Positions 14,958 to 24,135 of a DNA stretch of 32,000 nucleotides are shown one piece after another. Source of the DNA: Methylophaga frappieri (lineage in GTDB: Bacteria; Pseudomonadota; Gammaproteobacteria; Nitrosococcales; Methylophagaceae). The translations under genes were made by a program, and so were the position numbers. The number at the start of each line of letters is the position of its first letter. The first letter of the stretch is position 1. The stretch lies in assembly GCF_000260965.1 (NCBI RefSeq), contig NC_017856.1:1080001-1112000 (forward strand). The letters run 5' to 3'. The notes under the pieces are model-generated. The model made no database searches. It was not told the origin of the DNA and saw only the letters and a program-made list of their open reading frames with translations.

Positions 14958-17618
14958 TTAATGCGCACCATCAAGTTTGGTGCGCGCTAAAATTTGTCGT
15001 AACTCGGGAATACAAGAACCACAATTTCCCCCGGCCTGGCAGGCAGCGGTAATCTGCTCTACCGTTTGCAAACGTTGCTCACGGATAGTGTTGCAAATAC
15101 GTTGCTCTGCCACACCAAAGCAGGCGCACACCATGGCACCGGCATCTTCCTGCACACCCGGCGCTTTGCCCATCAGCAAGCTCTGACGCTGACGTGTATC
15201 AAGTGTTTCAGAGGTAAACAACTGACTCAGCCATTGCCGGTCAGGCAAATGATGATCCGGGCCAATAAAGACAACGGCCTGCAATTGATCATTGATGATT
15301 TTTGCAGCCCGGAAGCGACCGGCACGACTATCGGTAAACTCCAGCCATTCGCCCTCTTCGCCGATGACTTTTTGTGCCCAATGTCCGGGTTGGAGTAGAG
15401 ATTGCTCGCCTGCTAATTCATAGCGCCAAAATTGCTGTCCCTTTACTTTTACCCAGTAACTCGTCACAGGTAACGCTATCGGCTGGCGAGATAAAATAAA
15501 ACCATGCCATTTAGCTTTGAAATCACGAATCGATACAGCGGCTTGTTTGGCCTGTGGCTGACCTGATAACGGATCGGTTATCGCAGGCACCAGCGCTGCG
15601 ACAACGGCATCTGCAGCATATTGTCCATTCCAGTGTATAGGCACGAACACACTGCCGGGCTGTTGTCCTTCATTGCATTGTACCCGACCAATAAACTGGC
15701 CATGTGGGCTTTCCAGTACTGCCAGAGATTTGTCCGCACATTGCCAGCGTGCCGCATCTCGGGGATGCATTTCGATGACTGGCTCTGGCGTATGCGTACC
15801 CAGTCTGGCAACCCGACCGGTGCGGGTCATGGTGTGCCACTGATCTCGGACCCTGCCGGTGTTCAGAATCAGTGGAAAGTTTTCCGGATCCAGTAACTGC
15901 GGTAACTCAGGCGTAATGGGTAACATTCGCGCTTTACCACTGTCGGTATAAAAGTGATGATCGCTAAACATCCTTGCCGTACCGACTTTATTGTCACCGG
16001 TCACCGGCCACTGGATTGGCGACAGGGCATCGTAATCAGACTTGGCTATTGCGGACAAACCACTGATATCAAAGTCCCGACTGCCAGCATTTTCAAATCC
16101 TGACAAGGCTGCATGTTCGCGAAACACCTCATAGGCACTATCAAAAGAAAACGCCGTTTCATGGCCCATTCTGCATGCCACATCAGCGATGATCTGCCAG
16201 TCGGCACGGGCACCACCCGGCGCTGACAAAAATGATTTTTGTCTTGAAATGCGTCGTTCCGAATTGGTAACCGTGCCGTCTTTTTCGCCCCAGGCGAGCG
16301 CCGGTAGCAGGACATCGGCAAACTCGGTGCAATCGGTCTGTGCTTCACAATCGCTGACCACCACAAATTCACATTGCTGCAATGCCCGTTTGACTGCACT
16401 CGCATCGGGCAAACTGACCACCGGATTAGTGGCGATGATCCAGATAGCCTTAATTTTGCCCGACGCAATATCGGCAAACATATCCACCGCTTTTGCCCCG
16501 GCAGTTTGGGTCAGCCTGTTAGTCTGCCAAAAGCGAGAAACTTTGTCATGATGGCTGGGATTCGTGATCTCCATATGGGCAGCCAACTGATTAGCCAGAC
16601 CGCCCGTCTCCCTGCCGCCCATTGCATTGGGTTGACCGGTAATGGAAAACGGCCCCATTCCTGGCTGGGCAATACGGCCCGTCGCTAAATGACAATTAAT
16701 AATGGCATTGCACTTGTCTGTGCCCGTCGCAGATTGATTAACCCCCTGAGAGAACACGGTGACCACTTTGTCAGTAGTCGCAAATAACCGAAAGAAATCG
16801 GCCACATCGGACTCGGCAAGCTCACAGCTCGCTGCTGTTTTTGGAACACTACCGGCCGTTTTTTTGGCCATGTTCAGCGTCGCAGCAAATCCTTCCACAT
16901 GCGCTTCGATGTATTCCCAGTCGAGTGCGTCACTATCCTTGAGGTAATGCAACAACCCGTTAAACAAGAACGCATCACTACCCGGCTTTAATGACAAGTG
17001 TAGGTCGGCCATGTCGCAAGTCGCTGTTTTACGCGGATCAATAACCACGATTTTCATCTCTGGTCGGGCCTCTTTGGCCGCGCTAATCCGCTGAAACAGC
17101 ACCGGATGACACCAGGCCAGATTGGAGCCGGTTAAGATCAGCAAGTCGCACTGTTCCAGATCTTCGTAATTACCGGGCACGGTATCACTGCCAAAGGCCC
17201 GTTTGTGAGCAGCTACTGCTGACGACATGCAAAGTCGGGAATTGGTATCGATATTGCCCGTACCCACAAAGCCTTTCATGAATTTGTTGGCCACATAATA
17301 ATCTTCAGTCAGGATCTGGCCGCTGACATACATGGCAACCGCATCCGGTCCATGCTCTTCAATAATACGGGAAAACTCGATGGCTACTTTGTCCAGCGCG
17401 GTATCCCAATCGACAGTTTGTCCGGCCACCTTCGGTGCCAAAAGTCGATTATCCAGCGCCAGTGTTTCGCCCAGCGCCGAGCCTTTAGAACAGAGTCGAC
17501 CAAAATTGGCAGGATGCGTTGTATCACCACTGATAAGGACACTGCCATCCGTTTGCGGTGCCGCAACAACGCCGCAACCGACGCCACAATAGGGACAAGT
17601 CGTTTGGGTTGAGACCAC
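14958..17618 (-). CDS. nasC: Assimilatory nitrate reductase catalytic subunit (molybdopterin, N-terminal 4Fe-4S, C-terminal BFD-like 2Fe-2S)
   Basis: The GTG at 17618 follows an AAGGAG RBS at 6 nt. It has the CPYCGVGCG cluster motif and MopB-family body. The C-terminus reads CACFGV...CQAGGNCGSCIPEL. The symbol follows Pseudomonas nomenclature. Confidence 0.9.
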   Translation of the reverse strand: MVSTQTTCPYCGVGCGVVAAPQTDGSVLISGDTTHPANFGRLCSKGSALGETLALDNRLLAPKVAGQTVDWDTALDKVAIEFSRIIEEHGPDAVAMYVSGQILTEDYYVANKFMKGFVGTGNIDTNSRLCMSSAVAAHKRAFGSDTVPGNYEDLEQCDLLILTGSNLAWCHPVLFQRISAAKEARPEMKIVVIDPRKTATCDMADLHLSLKPGSDAFLFNGLLHYLKDSDALDWEYIEAHVEGFAATLNMAKKTAGSVPKTAASCELAESDVADFFRLFATTDKVVTVFSQGVNQSATGTDKCNAIINCHLATGRIAQPGMGPFSITGQPNAMGGRETGGLANQLAAHMEITNPSHHDKVSRFWQTNRLTQTAGAKAVDMFADIASGKIKAIWIIATNPVVSLPDASAVKRALQQCEFVVVSDCEAQTDCTEFADVLLPALAWGEKDGTVTNSERRISRQKSFLSAPGGARADWQIIADVACRMGHETAFSFDSAYEVFREHAALSGFENAGSRDFDISGLSAIAKSDYDALSPIQWPVTGDNKVGTARMFSDHHFYTDSGKARMLPITPELPQLLDPENFPLILNTGRVRDQWHTMTRTGRVARLGTHTPEPVIEMHPRDAARWQCADKSLAVLESPHGQFIGRVQCNEGQQPGSVFVPIHWNGQYAADAVVAALVPAITDPLSGQPQAKQAAVSIRDFKAKWHGFILSRQPIALPVTSYWVKVKGQQFWRYELAGEQSLLQPGHWAQKVIGEEGEWLEFTDSRAGRFRAAKIINDQLQAVVFIGPDHHLPDRQWLSQLFTSETLDTRQRQSLLMGKAPGVQEDAGAMVCACFGVAEQRICNTIREQRLQTVEQITAACQAGGNCGSCIPELRQILARTKLDGAH

Positions 17619-17628
17619 GTTCGGCTCC

Positions 17629-17940
17629 TTACAAGGCGACGAAGACGACGCCGTTTTCGATTTTGGTATCAAAATGATGTGTGCAGCCTTCATCGGGTCC
17701 GGTGGCTTCACCATTTTCAAGATCAATAACCCAGTTATGCAGTGGACAAGCTACCCGCTTACCGAAAACAATACCTTGCGACAACGGCCCTTTTTTATGG
17801 GGACAAGTGTCAAAAAGTGCAAAAACTTCGTCGTTACTGGTGCGAAATACCGCAACATCTCCGGAATTGGCACGGATAACGCGTGAACCCTTCTGTGGAA
17901 TATCGGCCAATAGACCGACTTCAAGCCATTGTGTGTCCAT
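17629..17940 (-). CDS. nirD: Nitrite reductase small subunit (Rieske-fold NirD)
   Basis: 103 aa with CPHKKGPLSQG...CPLHNW. Its ATG overlaps the nirB stop (TAATG). Confidence 0.9.
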   Translation of the reverse strand: MDTQWLEVGLLADIPQKGSRVIRANSGDVAVFRTSNDEVFALFDTCPHKKGPLSQGIVFGKRVACPLHNWVIDLENGEATGPDEGCTHHFDTKIENGVVFVAL

Positions 17941-20372
17941 TAACTTACCTGTTTGATTGGAATATATTTCTGAGGCTGTTTAGCCGCTTCTTCTGCCCAG
18001 GGATCGTTCTGTGCATTTTTCTGTGAGTCGTAAAAACGCTGAGCAAGTTGTTTGCGGTTAGCTTCATCATCAACCACTTGTGCCTGAACGCTTTTCAGAC
18101 CCACGCGTTCAATCCAAGGTGCGGTACGCTCCAGATAATGTCCATCCTCGCGATACAGCTGCATGAACGCTGCACAATATTCCATGGCCTCTTCTTCTGT
18201 TTTCACCTTGCAGAGAAAGTCTGTCGCCCGAACTTTGATGCCACCGTTGCCACCAACATGCAGCTCGTAGCCAGAGTCCACACAGACAATGCCAAAGTCT
18301 TTAATAGTTGCTTCGGCACAATTCCGTGGACACCCAGATACCGCAATTTTAAATTTGTGTGGTGTCCAACTGCCCCAGGTCATTTTTTCAACCTTGATGC
18401 CGAGTCCGGTCGAATCCTGTGTACCAAAACGGCACCATTCACTGCCCACACAGGTCTTAACGGTACGCAGCGATTTGCCATAAGCATGGCCGGAAACAAA
18501 ACCAGCCTGGCTCAGGTCGGACCACATTTTGGGCAAGTCATCTTTCTTAACACCCAATAAATCAATCCTCTGACCACCGGTAATCTTGACGGTCGGCACC
18601 TGGTATTTTTCAGAAATATCGGCAATCGCACGTAATTCGCCCGGATTGGTCACGCCGCCCCAAATACGTGGCACAACGGAATAGGTGCCATCTTTTTGAA
18701 TATTGGCGTGCACTCGTTCATTAATAAACCGAGATTGCTGATCATCAACGTATTCATTTGGCCAACTACTGAGCAGGTAGTAATTGAGCGCAGGCCGACA
18801 GGAGTGACAACCATCTGGCTGTTGCCATTCCAAAGCCGTCATCACATCTGGAATTGTCTTGAGATTTTGCGCTTTGATTGCTGCCTTGACTTCATTGTGA
18901 CTCAGGTGAGTACAGCCACACATCGCCTTTTTACTCGGTGTTTCATTAAAATCACTGCCCAGCGTCGATGCCAGTAACTGCTCTACCAGACCAGTACATG
19001 AGCCACATGAGGCAGCCGCTTTGGTTTGGGCCTTCACTTCATCAAGCGTAAACAGATTGTTTTTGGTAATGGCCTGAACAATATCGCCTTTGCATACCCC
19101 ATTACAGCCGCAAATTTCGGCATTATCGGGTAAGCCATCTACCGAGTTACTGGCGCCATGACCAGAATCACCCATGTGATGTTGACCAAACAACATGGTT
19201 TCGCGCAACTCGGAAACATCGGTGCCATCCCGCATCAATTGAAAATACCAGGCACCATCCACGGTATCGCCATACAGTACGGAACCAATCAACTGATCTT
19301 TTTTAATCACCAGTTTTTTATAAACGTTTCTTGCCGCATCTTTAAAAATCAAATCTTCGCTGTCTTCATCACCTTGGAAGTCACCGGCAGAAAACAAGTC
19401 AATGCCCGTCACTTTTAACTTGGTTGAGGTGACCATGCTCATGTAACGGGCGATACCCATTTGAGCCAGATGGTTAGCACAGACCTTGGCTTGCTCAAAC
19501 AAGGGGGCAACCAGACCAAAAGTATCCCCACGATGCTGCACGCACTCACCAACGGCATAGATGCGCGGGTCAAATGTTTGCATGGTGTCATCAACCACAA
19601 TGCCCCGCTCGCAATGAATACCCGCAGACTGTGCCAGGCTGATACTGGGACGAATGCCGACGGCCATGACCACCAGATCGGTATCAATATGACTGCCATC
19701 TTTAAAAACCAGCCTTTCGACACGATCAGTCCCTTCAATGGCAGCAGATGCATGGCCCATCAGAAAGTTCAGGCCTTTATCAGTCAGTTGCGCCTGCATC
19801 ATGTCAGATGCGGTCTGATCCAATTGCTGGTTCATCAACGTGTTGCTGATATGCACCACGGAGACATCCATCCCTTGAATCATCAGACCGTTTGCCGCCT
19901 CAAGTCCAAGTAATCCACCACCGATCACAACCGCTTTTTTATGGGTTTTGGCCGTTTCGATCATGGTATCGACGTCGGCGATATCACGGAAACTAATCAC
20001 GCCGGGGAGATCTGCGCCCGGCAGGGGTAACATAAATGGACGAGAGCCCGTAGCTAATAACAATCGATCATATTCCACAATCAAACCGTCATCGGTGATG
20101 ACGCGTCGCTTCATTCGATCAATTTTGGTCACCCGCTGCCCGCTATACAGGGTGACGTTATTATCTTCATACCATTGCAAATCATTAATCATGATCTCAT
20201 CAATGGTTTTTTCACCAGCCAAAACCGGCGACAACATGATTCGGTTGTAATTACCATAAGGCTCATCACCGAATACCGTAATTTGATACCTATCCGGGGC
20301 CAGCTTGAGTAGTTCTTCAAGCGTGCGCATCCCGGCCATGCCATTGCCTATCAGCACCAGTTTTTCTTTCAT
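17940..20372 (-). CDS. nirB: NAD(P)H-dependent assimilatory nitrite reductase large subunit
   Basis: 810 aa. It has an FAD/NAD Rossmann N-terminus (LVLIGNGMAG), a BFD-like 2Fe-2S segment (CGCNGVCKG...CGSC), and a sirohaem/4Fe-4S domain (CVGSEWCRFG...SGCPRNCAE). A GGAG RBS lies 7 nt upstream. Confidence 0.95.
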   Translation of the reverse strand: MKEKLVLIGNGMAGMRTLEELLKLAPDRYQITVFGDEPYGNYNRIMLSPVLAGEKTIDEIMINDLQWYEDNNVTLYSGQRVTKIDRMKRRVITDDGLIVEYDRLLLATGSRPFMLPLPGADLPGVISFRDIADVDTMIETAKTHKKAVVIGGGLLGLEAANGLMIQGMDVSVVHISNTLMNQQLDQTASDMMQAQLTDKGLNFLMGHASAAIEGTDRVERLVFKDGSHIDTDLVVMAVGIRPSISLAQSAGIHCERGIVVDDTMQTFDPRIYAVGECVQHRGDTFGLVAPLFEQAKVCANHLAQMGIARYMSMVTSTKLKVTGIDLFSAGDFQGDEDSEDLIFKDAARNVYKKLVIKKDQLIGSVLYGDTVDGAWYFQLMRDGTDVSELRETMLFGQHHMGDSGHGASNSVDGLPDNAEICGCNGVCKGDIVQAITKNNLFTLDEVKAQTKAAASCGSCTGLVEQLLASTLGSDFNETPSKKAMCGCTHLSHNEVKAAIKAQNLKTIPDVMTALEWQQPDGCHSCRPALNYYLLSSWPNEYVDDQQSRFINERVHANIQKDGTYSVVPRIWGGVTNPGELRAIADISEKYQVPTVKITGGQRIDLLGVKKDDLPKMWSDLSQAGFVSGHAYGKSLRTVKTCVGSEWCRFGTQDSTGLGIKVEKMTWGSWTPHKFKIAVSGCPRNCAEATIKDFGIVCVDSGYELHVGGNGGIKVRATDFLCKVKTEEEAMEYCAAFMQLYREDGHYLERTAPWIERVGLKSVQAQVVDDEANRKQLAQRFYDSQKNAQNDPWAEEAAKQPQKYIPIKQVS

Positions 20373-20416
20373 GAATGACTCCGACAGATTGCTTTTTATC
20401 GTAATGAACGATGTAT

Positions 20417-20432
20417 TGCAGGCTTCATGCCA
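20417..20432 (-). promoter_or_regulatory. sigma54 promoter of nirBD-nasC (TGGCATGaagcCTGCA)
   Basis: Near-consensus -24/-12 with correct GG-N10-GC spacing. The predicted leader is about 35 nt. Confidence 0.7.
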
Positions 20433-20437
20433 ATAAC

Positions 20438-20450
20438 TAAGTGACTGATT
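20438..20450 (-). promoter_or_regulatory. IHF-like site (AATCAGtcacTTA)
   Basis: One mismatch to WATCAANNNNTTR, 5 nt upstream of TGGCATG, exactly as at nasA. Confidence 0.35.
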
Positions 20451-20514
20451 TTAAATAACTATTAATTTAAACAGGTAAGTAATATGTTTGTTTATGGTGC
20501 AATATGGTGCGTCA

Positions 20515-20531
20515 TGCACAAAATTGGTGAA
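20515..20531. promoter_or_regulatory. NtrC-like enhancer dyad (TGCACAaaattGGTGAA)
   Basis: 10/12 match to TGCACC-N5-GGTGCA, centred 92.5 bp upstream of the -24 GG. Extra GGTGC half-sites lie at 20496-20510. Confidence 0.5.
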
Positions 20532-20533
20532 AT

Positions 20534-20564
20534 AAAAAAGCCGTCATCAACATTGATGACGGCT
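20534..20564 (-). terminator. Rho-independent terminator of the MarR-lipoprotein operon
   Basis: Minus strand: AGCCGTCATCAA-tg-TTGATGACGGCT (about 10 bp stem) followed by TTTTTT. Confidence 0.8.
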
Positions 20565-20591
20565 TCGCGGTAAGCTGACAGAAAAGGTGGC

Positions 20592-21047
20592 TTACGGTGC
20601 CATGTTCCAGATATGGGATCCGACCTGCCATTCTCCATCGGCGTTTTGTTGCAATACGGTCATCAAGACACCACGATAAGTCATCGTCTCGCCCGCTTCG
20701 TTATTAACATCCGCTGACCAATTAGCCAACTGACTCACTTGCCCACCAGAGACATAGGTTGCCACCGTTTCAATTTGGTGATTGTGCAATCCATTATCAA
20801 AAAAGCTCTGGAACAATGTCGCAATTTCTTGCTGACCATTTCGCACGCTGCCATCACCTGCGGACAACGTGGCTTCTTCGGCGTATAACTCAGACAACGC
20901 CTCACTGTCAGCAGCATTAAACGCGGCATTCCAGTCTTCATTTGCGGTTTGTGCAACCTGTTGTGCATCAATAGTCGTTTTATCGCTACATGCGGATAGA
21001 AACGCGACCAGACCAACGGTTGCCATCAGGGAAAATAATGATCTCAT
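20592..21047 (-). CDS. NTF2-like (SnoaL/DUF4440-type) lipoprotein
   Basis: 151 aa with lipobox LSAC and an AAGGAG RBS. The pattern W..AFNA.D...L..LY.EDA.L....G....G...I...F is typical of the DUF4440/SnoaL-like fold. Confidence 0.6.
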   Translation of the reverse strand: MRSLFSLMATVGLVAFLSACSDKTTIDAQQVAQTANEDWNAAFNAADSEALSELYAEEATLSAGDGSVRNGQQEIATLFQSFFDNGLHNHQIETVATYVSGGQVSQLANWSADVNNEAGETMTYRGVLMTVLQQNADGEWQVGSHIWNMAP

Positions 21048-21074
21048 TTAAGACTCCTTAAATTAGTGAATGAA

Positions 21075-21590
21075 TTAGGATGGATCAGAAAAAAAAGCAT
21101 CCCGCTGTTGATTCAGCAGGCGCATTGCTTCCTGCAAGGATTGCAACTGAACCGGGCTCAAGCAGCCCATAATGTCACTGACATGCTGATAATAACCAGG
21201 CATCAAACTATCGAGTCGTGCCTGTCCCGCTTCTGTCAGCCGAATCATAACCTGGCGACGATCGGTCGTTGCCGGCTCTCTGGTAATCAGGTTTTCGCGG
21301 AGCAGGCCATCCAGCAATCCGGTCATGGTTGCTCTAGAAACCCCTGCTTTTTCAGCGAGTTTTGATTGTGTTGCACGAAAATCTGACTCACGCATCAGCA
21401 AAATCAAGACCCACCAGCGCCCCTGAAGCAAGTCATACTTTGCTAAATACTGATTTAACGCCTGTGTCAGCGCTGTACCAGTATGAAGCAACGTCAGAAA
21501 CGCCAGTACCGACTCAATATTCGCTTCTGGGTATCGCTCGGCAAAACGGCCAAGGATATGAGCATCAGGAAGATCTGCTAATTCCAGCAT
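21075..21590 (-). CDS. MarR-family transcriptional regulator
   Basis: 171 aa. It has a winged-HTH core (SKLAEKAGVSRATMTGLLDGLLRENLITREPATTDRRQVMIRLTEAG). Confidence 0.85.
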   Translation of the reverse strand: MLELADLPDAHILGRFAERYPEANIESVLAFLTLLHTGTALTQALNQYLAKYDLLQGRWWVLILLMRESDFRATQSKLAEKAGVSRATMTGLLDGLLRENLITREPATTDRRQVMIRLTEAGQARLDSLMPGYYQHVSDIMGCLSPVQLQSLQEAMRLLNQQRDAFFSDPS

Positions 21591-21606
21591 AATGAATACA
21601 TTATAA

Positions 21607-21618
21607 TTAGCTAGCTAA
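21607..21618. promoter_or_regulatory. Perfect 12-bp palindrome TTAGCTAGCTAA, candidate MarR operator
   Basis: It lies 17 nt upstream of the MarR ATG, in the 101-bp divergent region shared with ycjX. Confidence 0.45.
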
Positions 21619-21691
21619 CTATTTCAATGCGACTGCCGACTTTTTTAATATCGTCTGGTATGCTCGGCTTTATTTAATGCATCCGTGACGC

Positions 21692-23104
21692 ATGACAAAA
21701 ACAGCAGATTCAGTCCGCAATCAGTTCAAATCGCAGTGGCAAAAATGGCAGCATCGGGGCGAAAACCTGCTGGGCCGATCCTTTGATCGCCACTTGAAGA
21801 TCGGTGTCACCGGTTTTAGTGGCAGTGGCAAATCTACCTTTTTGACCAGTTTAATCCACCAGCTGAAGTATTCGCATCATCCCGGTCTGGGTGGATTCTT
21901 GCCGGCGCGGGACAAACAGCTATTGAGCGTTGACAGCACAGCCATTCCGGGCTTTGCGTTGTTTGATTATGCCGGCGGGATTGCCGCTTTGTCGGATACG
22001 CCACCCCGTTGGCCAAATCCCACTTCTGAAGTCAGTGCAACACGTCTGCACATCACCTTTAAAAAGGGTTCTGTGTGGTCTGGTTTATTGGGCGATGCGC
22101 GGCAACTGACACTCGACTTGCGCGATTATCCAGGTGAATGGTTGATGGATATGCCAATGCTTAAACTCAGTTATCGTGACTGGTGTCTGGATCAGCAACA
22201 GTTGTTATCCCGGGCACCACGGGCGGATCTGGATCCAACGCTCTTGGCTGACTTACACAAACTGGACCCAATGCAGACAGCAGATACCGATTTCCTCACC
22301 AGTTTATTTCAGCGCTGGCAAACCTATTTACGTCAAGCCAAGCAGGCTGGTCTGACTTTGTTGCAACCGGGACGGGCCTTGCTCGACACTGACGACAACC
22401 TACCCATGGTATTGCCTTTATTATCGTTGCATGACTATTCCCCAGAGCAGCTAGAGAAGGCGAATGAAACCACGCTTTATCAACAACTCAGGCAACAATA
22501 TCATCAGTATCTGGATAATCTTGTTAAACCATTTTATCGACAGTTCTTCACCGGTATTGATCGGCAGGTCATGCTCATTGATGTGGTCAAAGCCTTAAGT
22601 CATGGCGAAGAGTGCTTTAATGACATGATGATGGCCTACAGTCGCATTATTGACTGCTATCAAATGGGCAACCAGATCTGGCTAAAGCAATTGTTCACCC
22701 CCACCGTGAATAAAATCCTGTTTTTGGCATCCAAGCCAGATCGGCTGCTCATGCATCAGCATGAAGCACTGCGTCAGTTAGTCGATGCCATGATTAAACG
22801 CATTTGCCCGCAGTCGGTTCGGCATCGGATCCGTATCGAAACGGAAATCGCCGCGGCAGTCAGAAGCAGTATTGACCATCAAGATTACCTGACCGCCACC
22901 TTGCAGGATGGTCGATTTGGTGAGCTACGTCATCCACCGATCCCGGATGAACTACCCCAACTCAGCCATTGGCAGCAACTGGCAGGCTGGACGCCGCCGG
23001 TGTTACGCCCGCCTGTTAATCCACAACTGGCACAGGGCGGACGTCTTGCGCATATTAGAATGGACAAGGTACTGCGGGATCTGATTGGAGATAAATTTTC
23101 ATGA
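21692..23104 (+). CDS. ycjX: YcjX-family P-loop NTPase
   Basis: 470 aa with Walker A GVTGFSGSGKST. The family-typical length and the ATGA overlap with a YcjF-like gene support the call. Confidence 0.85.
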   Translation: MTKTADSVRNQFKSQWQKWQHRGENLLGRSFDRHLKIGVTGFSGSGKSTFLTSLIHQLKYSHHPGLGGFLPARDKQLLSVDSTAIPGFALFDYAGGIAALSDTPPRWPNPTSEVSATRLHITFKKGSVWSGLLGDARQLTLDLRDYPGEWLMDMPMLKLSYRDWCLDQQQLLSRAPRADLDPTLLADLHKLDPMQTADTDFLTSLFQRWQTYLRQAKQAGLTLLQPGRALLDTDDNLPMVLPLLSLHDYSPEQLEKANETTLYQQLRQQYHQYLDNLVKPFYRQFFTGIDRQVMLIDVVKALSHGEECFNDMMMAYSRIIDCYQMGNQIWLKQLFTPTVNKILFLASKPDRLLMHQHEALRQLVDAMIKRICPQSVRHRIRIETEIAAAVRSSIDHQDYLTATLQDGRFGELRHPPIPDELPQLSHWQQLAGWTPPVLRPPVNPQLAQGGRLAHIRMDKVLRDLIGDKFS

Positions 23105-24135
23105 CCGAAAAAGACCCTTATTTTGAGGCACGCCAGACATCACAAAGCCGAACATCAGCGACCGCACCTGCCGATTTTTTCAAACCTCGTGCTGAACAAC
23201 AAATCGGTTTGCCAGAGTCGGTCGATATGGATGAGGATCTATTCGAACTGCCTGAGCCAGTTGCCGGCGAGACTTCGTATTTCAAGGCCTGGACACTCAG
23301 TCTCGCCAGCGTTTTTTTGGTATGGATTGGTTACGATCTGTATCAATTTATGCAGCAGCTAATCCAGCAGAATCCTATATTAGCCGTCGGTTTTGGCCTG
23401 TTACTGCTTCTTCTGCTCACACTGAGCTTGCATCAAATCTGGATCAGCTGGCGCAACCGCCGGCAACGGAAACGTATCGACAAATTGCGCCATCAAGCTG
23501 AAACCATGCGTGACGATTTCAGCCAGCGTCAGGCCAAACCGTGGTTAGCTGAATTATCTACATTGTATGCGGGCACCCAGCATGCTGCTTCCATACAGAG
23601 AATCCAGACAACATTGCCGGATTATCTTCACGATAGCGAAGTGATAGACACGGTTGACCAGCAATTTTTTCAACAGCTCGACAAACAGGCAATGCGATTG
23701 ATTCAGCAAGAAAGTGTCAACAGTGCAGTATTAGTCGCCGTCAGCCAACTGGCGATTATTGATACCTTACTGGTTGTCTGGAAAACGCTGAAGATGGTGA
23801 ATCGCATTAATCTCATCTATGGTGCCAAGCTAGGCAAACTGGCTCGCTGGCGAATGAATCTGCAAATTTGCAAAGTCGCCCTTGTTTCCTACGGTACTCA
23901 GGCTGGCTTGACCTTAATGGCGGAAAAAACCAGTCTTGGGTTGAGTGGCAAACTGGTTGGCAGTGTTGCCCAAGGAATCGGCGTCGGCTTATATCAGGCG
24001 CGTATTGGGATGAGCGCGATGCAGCAGATAAGGCCGATACCTTTTGCAGAAAACGCATTGCCCAAAAACCGCTTCCTGGCCAATATCGCGCAAAGTTGTC
24101 TCTCTAGGTTACGGCGTCAAGCGCCTGAGGCTTGA
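23101..24135 (+). CDS. ycjF: YcjF-family (UPF0283/DUF697) inner-membrane protein
   Basis: 344 aa with two central TM helices and the usual pairing with ycjX. Confidence 0.8.
   Translation: MTEKDPYFEARQTSQSRTSATAPADFFKPRAEQQIGLPESVDMDEDLFELPEPVAGETSYFKAWTLSLASVFLVWIGYDLYQFMQQLIQQNPILAVGFGLLLLLLLTLSLHQIWISWRNRRQRKRIDKLRHQAETMRDDFSQRQAKPWLAELSTLYAGTQHAASIQRIQTTLPDYLHDSEVIDTVDQQFFQQLDKQAMRLIQQESVNSAVLVAVSQLAIIDTLLVVWKTLKMVNRINLIYGAKLGKLARWRMNLQICKVALVSYGTQAGLTLMAEKTSLGLSGKLVGSVAQGIGVGLYQARIGMSAMQQIRPIPFAENALPKNRFLANIAQSCLSRLRRQAPEA

Noticed and set aside
16046-16477. 143-aa minus-strand ORF in another frame within nasC
   Set aside because: It overlaps the conserved molybdopterin-enzyme frame completely.
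17619-17726. 36-codon extension giving a 922-aa nasC that overlaps nirD by 98 nt
   Set aside because: The GTG at 17618 sits 6 nt after AAGGAG, just downstream of the nirD stop, and places the CxxCxxxC cluster at the usual N-terminal distance.
18048-19913. Plus-strand ORFs of 170 aa (18048-18560) and 150 aa (19461-19913) antisense to nirB
   Set aside because: They are antisense shadows of a highly conserved gene. They have no RBS and no recognisable motifs.
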